NCBI GenBank assembly: GCA_000432175.1
Contig: HF989398.1
Coordinates: 1-51,448 of the forward strand
Origin: Eubacterium sp. CAG:786
Lineage (GTDB): Bacteria > Bacillota > Clostridia > Oscillospirales > Ruminococcaceae
DNA: 51,448 bases
Direction: 5' to 3'
The position numbers and the translations under genes are program-made. This document shows positions 18,238 to 26,344 of this stretch, piece after piece. How positions within the stretch are numbered: position 1 is the first letter of the stretch; every line of letters starts with the position of its first letter. Under the pieces are notes generated by a model. It had not been told where the DNA came from. It worked only from the letters and a program-made list of their open reading frames with translations, and did no database searches.

Positions 18238-18711
18238 TCAATAGTTTACGTTGCGTATAAACACCTGGCAGGGGAGTTCGTCGCCCCACAGCGGCAGCAC
18301 CTCAAGTTCGCGGAAGCCAAGGCTCTGGTAGAACACGTTCGCGGAGTCGTATTCCGGGTCTGTGCCGTTGCGCACGGACTTCACCTGGAGGTATTCGTAT
18401 TGCTGGCGGCGCGCGTAATTCAGCACTGCGGTGAACAGCGCCTTTCCTATCTTGTGCCGCTGATATTCTTTCTTTACGCCCATCGCGTAGAGTTCAGCGG
18501 CGCAGGGGCTGGTTTCCTTAAGGGCTGCGAAGCCCCTTACAATGTCGCCGTCCATATCTGCCCAGACGGGCATCAGGCGGCACTGCGCAGCGATATCGTC
18601 GATTGATTGCCCGCGCTCTGCCTTTTCGGGGAGGGCGCTGAGTACTTCTTTTATCACGGCTTCTTTTTCAGCCGGGTTGATAACTAATCTTACGCCGGTG
18701 GTTTTCGGCAT
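18238..18711 (-). CDS. GNAT-family N-acetyltransferase
   Basis: AELYAMGVKKEYQRHKIGKAL (motif A), ANVFYQSLGF; start set at ATG 18711 with AAGGGAG RBS. Confidence 0.9.
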   Translation of the reverse strand: MPKTTGVRLVINPAEKEAVIKEVLSALPEKAERGQSIDDIAAQCRLMPVWADMDGDIVRGFAALKETSPCAAELYAMGVKKEYQRHKIGKALFTAVLNYARRQQYEYLQVKSVRNGTDPEYDSANVFYQSLGFRELEVLPLWGDELPCQVFIRNVNY

Positions 18712-18740
18712 TTTTTCACGCTCCCTTGTCGTTTTTCTAA

Positions 18741-18772
18741 GGTCACTTCTAAAAACCTTGTTTGATGTTCCC
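18741..18772. mobile_element. Collapsed remnant of the 17414 MITE
   Basis: ggtcacttctaaaaaccttgtttga matches the 17414 left end at 24 of 25 positions, followed by tgttccc resembling the right tip. Confidence 0.65.
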
Positions 18773-18776
18773 AATA

Positions 18777-18805
18777 ATTATACTCCAAAGAGGTGAAAAT
18801 GTCAA
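18777..18805 (-). promoter_or_regulatory. SigA promoter for GNAT gene
   Basis: Consensus TTGACA-17-TATAAT on the minus strand. Confidence 0.75.
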
Positions 18806-19872
18806 CCTTTTTCCATTTCAAGGCAGCCGCATATCTTACCGGCGAGGGAAAGTATCACGTTTTCCTGCAGGTTCATGTCTATGGCGCCTTTTTTGTTGCG
18901 TATCGGTTCAATGTTCATGGTGGTTTCGAATACGTATCCGTCGAATTCCCACAGGACTGAATATACGGTGTAGCTGCCGGCATTGTTGTACATCAGCCAT
19001 GCTGGTTCTCCGTGCAGCTTTACAGCGGAAATCACGAAACCGCTTTCCGAGAAGTCCCACGCCTGCCAGCCGGCGCTGTCGTACTGCCGCAGCATCGCGC
19101 TGTCCCTGCCGGAAAGCCGCGTCGCAGCCGAGTGTTCACCTGCAGTGAGCTCTGCGGCGTACCCGTCGATATCCACGGCATACGCGCGGGAAATTTCGGT
19201 TTTCAGCCTGTCGGTGAACATCATGGAATTCCAGTCGTTTTCGGTTATCTCATGCAGCGACTGCGCCACGCGGAGAACATCGTCCTTCGGCAGGTCGGAG
19301 TCTATCTGCATGATGTAGTCGCCGATATCCCACGCGAGTATGGTCATGCTGTCGCTGCAGGATATCACACCGGGGTATTCCCCGACGTTGAAGCGCTCAA
19401 ATTCATTTTCTGTGCTGAAATAGTAGCAGTACAGGCTTTTGGTCTCCTGCGAAAAATCGAACGCGGCGCCGCTGGCGTCTGTGAACATCATATCGACCAG
19501 ATAGCTGTCGCTGACTGCGTTTTGCAGCGAAAATCCGTCGGGAATGTCAACAGCGTACAGTTTCTCCAGCGTATCCGGTGAATTGCCGGGGTCGGCGGAA
19601 AACATCTTGGTCACGTCGTCGGAACGCAGCCCCGTAAATCCGGGCGCGTGGAACACCTTTGAAGCCGCGACGATACTCAGCGTGAGCGCTGCGGAAGCGG
19701 CAATGATAAGGAACGGGCGCAGCCGTCTGAGCGGCTTTGCGTTCTTCCTGAGGGAATTCAGCGTGCGCTGCCTGTTCCTGCGGTATTCCGGCGAGAATGC
19801 ATGCTCTTCACCGTCGCAGTCCTGCGTTATTTTTTCCAGGAACAGCTGTTCCAGTTCCTCGCGCTCTGTCAT
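18802..19872 (-). CDS. Putative membrane anti-sigma factor with two DUF4367-like extracellular domains
   Basis: EHAFSPEYRR N-terminus, one TM, repeated YAVDIPDGF / YAVDIDGY modules; coupled to upstream ECF sigma. Confidence 0.7.
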   Translation of the reverse strand: MTEREELEQLFLEKITQDCDGEEHAFSPEYRRNRQRTLNSLRKNAKPLRRLRPFLIIAASAALTLSIVAASKVFHAPGFTGLRSDDVTKMFSADPGNSPDTLEKLYAVDIPDGFSLQNAVSDSYLVDMMFTDASGAAFDFSQETKSLYCYYFSTENEFERFNVGEYPGVISCSDSMTILAWDIGDYIMQIDSDLPKDDVLRVAQSLHEITENDWNSMMFTDRLKTEISRAYAVDIDGYAAELTAGEHSAATRLSGRDSAMLRQYDSAGWQAWDFSESGFVISAVKLHGEPAWLMYNNAGSYTVYSVLWEFDGYVFETTMNIEPIRNKKGAIDMNLQENVILSLAGKICGCLEMEKG

Positions 19873-20386
19873 CTGCGGTTATTCCCCTTTCTTCGAGAAG
19901 CAGTATCAGCCGCCGTTTTGCACGGCTGATGCGGGAACGCACGGTAGCCGGTTTCTGCCCTAGCAGTTCCGCGATCTCTCCCGGTGAAAGACCCCTGAAA
20001 AGTGACAGCCACATCACGTCGCAGTCCGACGGTGAAAGCTGCTGCACTGCGCCGCGTATTTCCCCGATGGTGTGGCTGCGCAGGAATTCTTCCTCTGGCG
20101 TGTCGCCGGAAGCCAGACCGTACTGTTCGTCGATGTCAAGCTCGATGTGCCGCGTTTTGCGGTTGAACAGTGTTATCGCTGTGTTCCTCACTACTATAAC
20201 CAGATAGAAGCGCAGTTCGTTGCAGGGCACGGCGCGTATTTTTTCGAGATTTTTTATTATCCGCACAAAACACTCCTGCACGGCGTCCTCGGCGTCGGCT
20301 GAGTTGCGCAGGATATTGAACGCCACACGGTACAGCATCTGCTCGTGCTGTTCGTATAATTCCGCTATGAATTCCGCGTCGGACAT
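19808..20386 (-). CDS. ECF RNA polymerase sigma factor
   Basis: LYRVAFNILRNSADAEDAVQECF (region 2); GLSPGEIAELLGQKPATVRSRISRAKRRL (region 4). Confidence 0.92.
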   Translation of the reverse strand: MSDAEFIAELYEQHEQMLYRVAFNILRNSADAEDAVQECFVRIIKNLEKIRAVPCNELRFYLVIVVRNTAITLFNRKTRHIELDIDEQYGLASGDTPEEEFLRSHTIGEIRGAVQQLSPSDCDVMWLSLFRGLSPGEIAELLGQKPATVRSRISRAKRRLILLLEERGITADDRARGTGTAVPGKNNAGLRR

Positions 20387-20422
20387 TGCTGCGCCGCCTT
20401 TCTGAAACTGATGTTTTACTTT

Positions 20423-20451
20423 ATCGTATCACATATACCTGAAATTGTCAA
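20423..20451 (-). promoter_or_regulatory. SigA-like promoter for ECF sigma
   Basis: TTGACA-17-TACGAT with TG extension. Confidence 0.55.
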
Positions 20452-20502
20452 TACACTTTTTAAAAAGGGAAGCCCTCCCGCGAGAAAAAGAGCAACAAAC
20501 TA

Positions 20503-20531
20503 TTGACAAGTTATTTTTTTGAGTGTATAAT
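20503..20531 (+). promoter_or_regulatory. SigA promoter for SGNH lipoprotein
   Basis: TTGACA-17-TATAAT. Confidence 0.8.
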
Positions 20532-20599
20532 ACTTAATGCAAAGATTAAGCGTAACCTAACTTAATTACCCAATTTAGCTAATCGAAGGAGAAATCACG

Positions 20600-22027
20600 A
20601 TGAAAAAGTTCCTCGCAGTATTAATGGCAGGCGCTATGGTGCTTGCAATGGCAGGCTGCTCCGGTGGAAACAGCACGGCTTCCGGCAGTGAAGCAAGTTC
20701 CGCTGACAGCTCGGCTGCAGACAGCACCGTAAGCACCGCGGACGCAAACAGCATCAGCGCTTCCGACGGCAGCGCGGAGGTTTCCGCACCCGCGACCGCA
20801 GAGGCGGACGATTCTGCTGTTGAAGACGCCGCACTTCCCAACGCAATGAAGCCCGACCTGCTTTCCGCAGCTATCCGGAACAGACTTGGACTTGACGAGG
20901 CTGCTTCCACCGCTGCTGCAGAGCAGATGCTCACAAAGCTGATGTACAACCAGGGCAACCCCGCGCGCGTTGCAAAGGCTATCCAGAAGCTGCAGGCAGG
21001 CGAAGAGGTGACTGTGGCGTTCCTAGGCGGTTCCATCACACAGGGCACCGGCGCCGACAACGAGAACTGCTACGCTGCGCTCACCGCTAAGTGGATAGAG
21101 GAGCAGTACCCCGGCGCAAAGGTGAACTATGTCAACGCAGGCATCGGCGCGACCGGTTCCTACATCGGAGTTCACCGCTGCGACAACGATGTCCTCAGCA
21201 AGGACCCTGACCTGGTGTTCATCGATTTCTCCGTAAACGACGAGAGCCAGAACAACAACATCAACAAGCTGACCTACGAGGGACTTATCCGCAAGATCTG
21301 GAACTACACCACCGCCCCCGGCGTGATCTGCGTAGCAATGACCCAGGACAACGGCACCAGCGTGCAGGACTGCCACGGCGCAGTATGCGCGAAGCTTGGC
21401 GTGCCGATGGTTTCCTACCACGACGCTATGCTGGATTTCCTGGACACCCAGGACGGAGTTCAGTGGTCTGACATTTCCGGCGATAATATCCACCCGAACC
21501 TGAACGGCCACGCTATCCTCAGCGCAATGCTGACTACATACCTGCAGTACGTCACCGACAACCTCGACAGCATCGACACCACCGACCCCGTTCTCCCCGA
21601 CCCGGGTGAGGAAGGCGCGAAGTACGAAAAGGCGCAGCTGCTGACTACCGACGACGCACAGCCGGTTTCCACAGGCGCATTCCAGCAGAAGAACATGGAT
21701 TTCGGCGGCTTCAAGAACCCGTGGATAGCTAAGTCCAGCGACGGAACATTCGGCGACGACAGCGCGCTCGTTATCGAGGTCGAGGCGCAGAACATCGGCA
21801 TTCTCTACGGCATGCTGACCAACAACGCCGGTCTTGCCGACGTTTACGTTGACGACGAGTTCATCACCACCATCAACGCTGATTTCACCGGCGGCTGGGG
21901 CAACTATGTACAGTTCGCGGAACTCAAGAGCTTCGACGAGAGCGGAAAGCACACGTTAAAGCTTGTCCCCAGGGGAACAGAGGGCAGCCCGTCTGCGTTC
22001 TATCTCTCTGGCATCACCATCAGCTGA
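20600..22027 (+). CDS. SGNH/GDSL hydrolase lipoprotein (possible carbohydrate esterase)
   Basis: Lipobox LAMAG-C, Ser/Ala/Asp-rich linker, FLGGSIT, NAGIGAT, DFSVND, DNIHP blocks, C-terminal beta domain. Confidence 0.88.
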   Translation: MKKFLAVLMAGAMVLAMAGCSGGNSTASGSEASSADSSAADSTVSTADANSISASDGSAEVSAPATAEADDSAVEDAALPNAMKPDLLSAAIRNRLGLDEAASTAAAEQMLTKLMYNQGNPARVAKAIQKLQAGEEVTVAFLGGSITQGTGADNENCYAALTAKWIEEQYPGAKVNYVNAGIGATGSYIGVHRCDNDVLSKDPDLVFIDFSVNDESQNNNINKLTYEGLIRKIWNYTTAPGVICVAMTQDNGTSVQDCHGAVCAKLGVPMVSYHDAMLDFLDTQDGVQWSDISGDNIHPNLNGHAILSAMLTTYLQYVTDNLDSIDTTDPVLPDPGEEGAKYEKAQLLTTDDAQPVSTGAFQQKNMDFGGFKNPWIAKSSDGTFGDDSALVIEVEAQNIGILYGMLTNNAGLADVYVDDEFITTINADFTGGWGNYVQFAELKSFDESGKHTLKLVPRGTEGSPSAFYLSGITIS

Positions 22028-22049
22028 TAGTCAAATATTAACATTACCG

Positions 22050-22075
22050 CAGGGCAAAGTGTTAACTTTGCCCTG
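22050..22075 (+). terminator. Hairpin after SGNH gene, related to the central hairpin of the palindromic element
   Basis: cagggcaaagt-gtta-actttgccctg. Confidence 0.6.
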
Positions 22076-22268
22076 TTGCTGTATCATGTCGCATGGGGTA
22101 AACCTAAAGTATTATCCGGCATTTATTCCACGCTTCGTTGTCATTTTTGTTAAAAACTTTTGAGATTCAGAGCTGGTTTGGTTAAAATGCACATAAAGAG
22201 GTTTTGAAATTCTACACGCCGTCGGCGTTGTTTTGGGCTGATTTGGCGCAATTTGCGAGGGCCGGCGC

Positions 22269-22297
22269 TTGAAATAAGAACAAAAATATGGTATAAT
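22269..22297 (+). promoter_or_regulatory. SigA promoter of pilC operon
   Basis: TTGAAA-17-TATAAT with TG extension. Confidence 0.75.
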
Positions 22298-22392
22298 TTA
22301 TATACTATAGTGGAGTATAGGGCAAAGTGCGCCCTGTTTTCACGAATACGTGCTGCCGCAAGTCAGGCAGCAGGGGGATTGGAGGTTATCCG

Positions 22393-23586
22393 GTGAAAAA
22401 ATTCTCGTATCAGGCCACCGACGTCAACGGCAAAACGATCCGTGGACAGGAGATGGCTGAGGATTATCAGGATCTTCAGCAAAAGCTGAAGGAACGGAAC
22501 CTGTACATTACAAGATACCGTGATCTCGGCGCGAACGACGCGGTGGACGTAAAGTACAAGTTCAAAACAAAAGAGGTATCGTTCATAAGCAGACAGCTTG
22601 CGTCGATGACCTCGGCAGGTCTTTCCCTGGTAAGGGCGCTCTACATACTCCAGGAACAGCAGACGAAGCCCAAGGCTAAGCGCGTTCTCCTGGATATCTA
22701 TGAAGAGGTGCAGAAAGGTAAGTCTTTCTCAGAGGTGCTTGAGTCCAAGCCCGGTGTGTTCCCTGACCTGTTCGTCAGCATGGTCGCAGCCGGCGAGTCT
22801 TCAGGTACACTGGACCAGATCCTTGTCAGAGTATCTGACCACTTCGCGAATTCCAACAAGACAAACAACAAGATCAAGAGCGCGATGGTTTATCCTATCA
22901 TTCTGCTCGTGCTGGCTCTGGCGGTAATCATACTCATGTTCACCATGATACTGCCTACCTTTGCGGATATGATGGACCCCGAGGATCTCACGCCGCTTTC
23001 AAAGGCGATGATGGAATTCTCGGACTCGCTCATAAATTACTGGTATATCTACCTTATCGTTATTTTCGCCATCGTTATGCTTTTCTGGGTTGGCAGAAGA
23101 ACTCCCGCCATCAAGCTCAAGATGGACGAACTGATACTCAAGATACCCAAGGTCGGAAAGCTTATCTGCACCGTTTACACCGGTCGTTTCGCAAGAAACA
23201 TGTCCAACCTTTATGCAGCCGGTCTGCAGATGGTGGACTGTATCGAGAAGTCAATCTCCGTGCTGGGCAACTCCTACGTCACCAAGCGGTTTGAAGAGGT
23301 CGTAGATAACATCAAGCTCGGTGAGAGTATGTCCAAGGCGGTCGAAAAGACCGGCATATTCGAGGGCATGTTCACTTCCATCATCTATGTCGGCGAGGAG
23401 TCCGGTACGCTGGACACCATTCTTTCAAAGGCTGCCGACTACTACGAAGAAGAGGGCGACACCGCCATCACCAAGTTGGTCGGCATGCTCGAGCCTATTA
23501 TGATCATCATCATGGGTGTTGCTATCGGTCTTGTACTGGCGGCTATCTTCCCGATGCTCTATGGCGGTATGACCACTGCTTCATGA
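22393..23586 (+). CDS. pilC: Type IV pilus platform protein (GspF/PilC family)
   Basis: RQLASMTSAGLSLVRAL, AGESSGTLD, KIKSAMVYP, VGEESGTLD, LEPIMI; GTG start with GGAGG. Confidence 0.95.
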   Translation: MKKFSYQATDVNGKTIRGQEMAEDYQDLQQKLKERNLYITRYRDLGANDAVDVKYKFKTKEVSFISRQLASMTSAGLSLVRALYILQEQQTKPKAKRVLLDIYEEVQKGKSFSEVLESKPGVFPDLFVSMVAAGESSGTLDQILVRVSDHFANSNKTNNKIKSAMVYPIILLVLALAVIILMFTMILPTFADMMDPEDLTPLSKAMMEFSDSLINYWYIYLIVIFAIVMLFWVGRRTPAIKLKMDELILKIPKVGKLICTVYTGRFARNMSNLYAAGLQMVDCIEKSISVLGNSYVTKRFEEVVDNIKLGESMSKAVEKTGIFEGMFTSIIYVGEESGTLDTILSKAADYYEEEGDTAITKLVGMLEPIMIIIMGVAIGLVLAAIFPMLYGGMTTAS

Positions 23587-23634
23587 TCGCGGTGAATTTC
23601 TATTAATAACTTACATATCATATGAGGTGAAAAT

Positions 23635-25275
23635 ATGCTTTCAATCGATATTACCGACAGAAAAATAAAGCTGGTAAGAGGTGTGCATGCCGGAAACAAG
23701 ATCAGGGTGCAGGACGCTGACATGCGTGAACTGACCCTGGGCATGGTTTCCAACGGCTACATCACCGATGTGCCTATGGTCGCTGCTGAGCTCAACGATA
23801 TCATCAAGACCAAGGGCATCACTGAAAAGGACGCTATCGTGTCCATTACCTCCAGCTCCATCGTTTACAAGGAAATGACGCTCCCCAAGCCCAAGAGCAT
23901 AAAGAACACTGCCGCTATCGAGGCAATGATACAGGCGAACATGGGCGTTTCCAACGAGTTCAATATTTCCTACACCATCGCAGGCGAGGCTGAGGACGAG
24001 GAAAAGAACAAGCTCATCAAGATCATCGCGACTGCCTGCCCGCAGCGCCTGGTTGACGGCTACGTAAGGCTGTTCTCGCACATCGGTCTTTCGCTCAAGG
24101 CGGTCAATATCTCCAACAACTCGGTAACACGTCTTATCGTGAATATCCCCAAGATGTCTGAGAGAATGCCCATGCTGCTTATCCAGATCGATCAGGGCTT
24201 CCTTAACATGAACCTGTACGAGGATAATCAGATAGTATTCTCGCGTTACTTCAACATCGACCCGTCAGATTACGACAACGCGCCTGATTTCGTTGTACGC
24301 GCGGTTTACGATAACCTGTTCAGAATGATACAGTTCATCAAGAGCCGCAAAGGTTCCAAGCCGCTGAAGGAGATCATGTTCTACGGTGATACAGGAAACT
24401 TCATCGAGCTTTCCAACGCTATCTCCTCGTTCAACGTGCCCGTACATGTGCTTGCTGCGCCCTCTACAGTCATCACCATGACGGAGATAGACTTCACGCA
24501 GTACGCTAACGCGATCGGCGCTATCTACAGAAGAAACAAGGACCTCGAGCACATCAACCTGCTGGAAGCTACCTCCGCTAAGGAGTCCAAGGGCATGAAC
24601 GGCTACCTGATGGCTCTTGCTGGCGCGTGCGTCGGCGCTGCTGCCCTGGTCGGCGCTATTACCATCGGCATTGCAGCAGTTGACGGCTCCATCAGGGGTC
24701 AGATCACTGAGGTGCAGAACCAGATACAGGCTCCCGCGCTCCAGGCTGACCTTAAGGTGGTCAACGACCGCGAGACCATGCTCTCCGGCTTCCAGACCTA
24801 CATCGAGAATGCAGGCTCCACCTCCACGCTGTTCAACTACATGCCAAAGGTGCAGAGTTATGTTTACGACAAGATAAAGGCTCCCATGGAAGAGGTAAAG
24901 AGCGAGTACAACATCGACCTCGATGTATACGGCTTTGAGATGGTGGACTACACCGTTTCCGTGACATTCATGGGTCAGAGCAATGGCGACCCCACCCCCA
25001 TTCCTGCGGCTTATGTGGAGAAGCTCACCAACGACATCAAGACGACCTATGGCGACGCTTATTTCCAGAATATAACCTACACCGGCTTTGAAAAGGTGAA
25101 TACCTCACTGGCTGCGAAGTACCTTGATATCGTCAAGGACGGCTCCAAGTACGACACGATATTCAAGTATACTGTCACAATGAACGTCAGACCCGGCTCC
25201 GACGAGGAGAACGCAAATACCATCAGCCTTGACCTCAACGGGGATCAGGGTGCAGCAGAGGAGGTAACTGAATAA
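23635..25275 (+). CDS. pilM: PilM-PilN fusion (actin-like domain, INLL motif, TM, extracytoplasmic domain)
   Basis: MLSIDITDRKIKLV start, YANAIGA end of PilM, immediately followed by HINLLE and a TM helix typical of PilN. Confidence 0.82.
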   Translation: MLSIDITDRKIKLVRGVHAGNKIRVQDADMRELTLGMVSNGYITDVPMVAAELNDIIKTKGITEKDAIVSITSSSIVYKEMTLPKPKSIKNTAAIEAMIQANMGVSNEFNISYTIAGEAEDEEKNKLIKIIATACPQRLVDGYVRLFSHIGLSLKAVNISNNSVTRLIVNIPKMSERMPMLLIQIDQGFLNMNLYEDNQIVFSRYFNIDPSDYDNAPDFVVRAVYDNLFRMIQFIKSRKGSKPLKEIMFYGDTGNFIELSNAISSFNVPVHVLAAPSTVITMTEIDFTQYANAIGAIYRRNKDLEHINLLEATSAKESKGMNGYLMALAGACVGAAALVGAITIGIAAVDGSIRGQITEVQNQIQAPALQADLKVVNDRETMLSGFQTYIENAGSTSTLFNYMPKVQSYVYDKIKAPMEEVKSEYNIDLDVYGFEMVDYTVSVTFMGQSNGDPTPIPAAYVEKLTNDIKTTYGDAYFQNITYTGFEKVNTSLAAKYLDIVKDGSKYDTIFKYTVTMNVRPGSDEENANTISLDLNGDQGAAEEVTE

Positions 25276-26258
25276 TGCGACTCAGTAAACAGGAAAGAAT
25301 AGCAGTGCTCGTCATTGCTGTCATCATAATTCTCGGTCTTGGCATATTCCTTTTCATCGTGCCCCAGTTCCAGAATATCGGCACGGATACGGCAACCCTC
25401 GTCAACAAGCAGCAGGAGCTGCAGACAGCCAGGGACAAGGCAGCCACAAAGGAAGACCTTAAGGAACAGGTCATCGAGGCTTACAAGGACGGTCAGGATA
25501 TCGCCGACATGTTCTTCGAGGAAATGAAGCCTTATGAAGCGGACAACGAGATACGCAACTTTATCCAGTACTGCAAGGATAATGGCGTAAAGGTTTCCGT
25601 TGATTCCATGACTATCAGCTCTCCGGTGGTTTCTGAGCTTGGCGTTACTTTCACCGACGAAGAGCAGATCACCTACGACCTCAAGACTGCTGCCCGCGGT
25701 GAATCCGCTGACCAGGAGGCTTCCGAGGAAGAGCAGAGGATGAATATCCTCAGGGAAGCGCTGGCTAATACTCAGTCCGTTGCCTCCATCGACGTAACCC
25801 TTACGGTTTCCGCGCTCGAACCTGATACTCTCATCAGCTTTGCCGACCTCGTCAACGACTATAAGAAGGCTGACGACGGCAACGTAAGAAAGGCTATCAG
25901 ACTTTCCAGCGGCCTTGCTATCCAGTATCCTGACGTTGAGACCAAGTACAACAAGGTCATTGACGACATGACTCTCGACCTTAACTACGACGCTCTCAAG
26001 GAACTCGCTGACAAGCACGATATCAAGATCCCCTCAAAGGCAGACCTGAAGAAGGCTCTCGGCCTGGACGAAGACACAACGACAGCCGCTGCTGACGGTG
26101 ACGGCGAGAACGCAGTCGCAGCAAACAATAACAAGGACGACGAAATCACAGAATTCCCAGAAGAGTATATCTATTCCGCTGAGGTGACTGTAACACTTTA
26201 CAGCCTCGAGCGCATGCAGGATCCTACCGATAAGCTCATCGCTCAGGATCAGCAGTAA
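25275..26258 (+). CDS. PilO-like alignment protein
   Basis: MRLSKQERIAVL plus TM plus coiled coil; translationally coupled (TAATG) to pilMN. Confidence 0.7.
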   Translation: MRLSKQERIAVLVIAVIIILGLGIFLFIVPQFQNIGTDTATLVNKQQELQTARDKAATKEDLKEQVIEAYKDGQDIADMFFEEMKPYEADNEIRNFIQYCKDNGVKVSVDSMTISSPVVSELGVTFTDEEQITYDLKTAARGESADQEASEEEQRMNILREALANTQSVASIDVTLTVSALEPDTLISFADLVNDYKKADDGNVRKAIRLSSGLAIQYPDVETKYNKVIDDMTLDLNYDALKELADKHDIKIPSKADLKKALGLDEDTTTAAADGDGENAVAANNNKDDEITEFPEEYIYSAEVTVTLYSLERMQDPTDKLIAQDQQ

Positions 26259-26344
26259 TGTTCGTATCTCCGGTCCCGCACTGCACGGGGCGTGTCGTCA
26301 GGACTGGAGCGGTTTGCGTGATCAAGTATTGGAGGTAATCAAGA

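Noticed and set aside
22311..22380. c-di-GMP-I riboswitch upstream of pilC (GGGCAAA seen)
   Set aside because: Lacks the GNRA-capped P2 and the downstream GACGCAAAGC/tetraloop-receptor elements; folds as two simple hairpins. An Rfam scan would settle it
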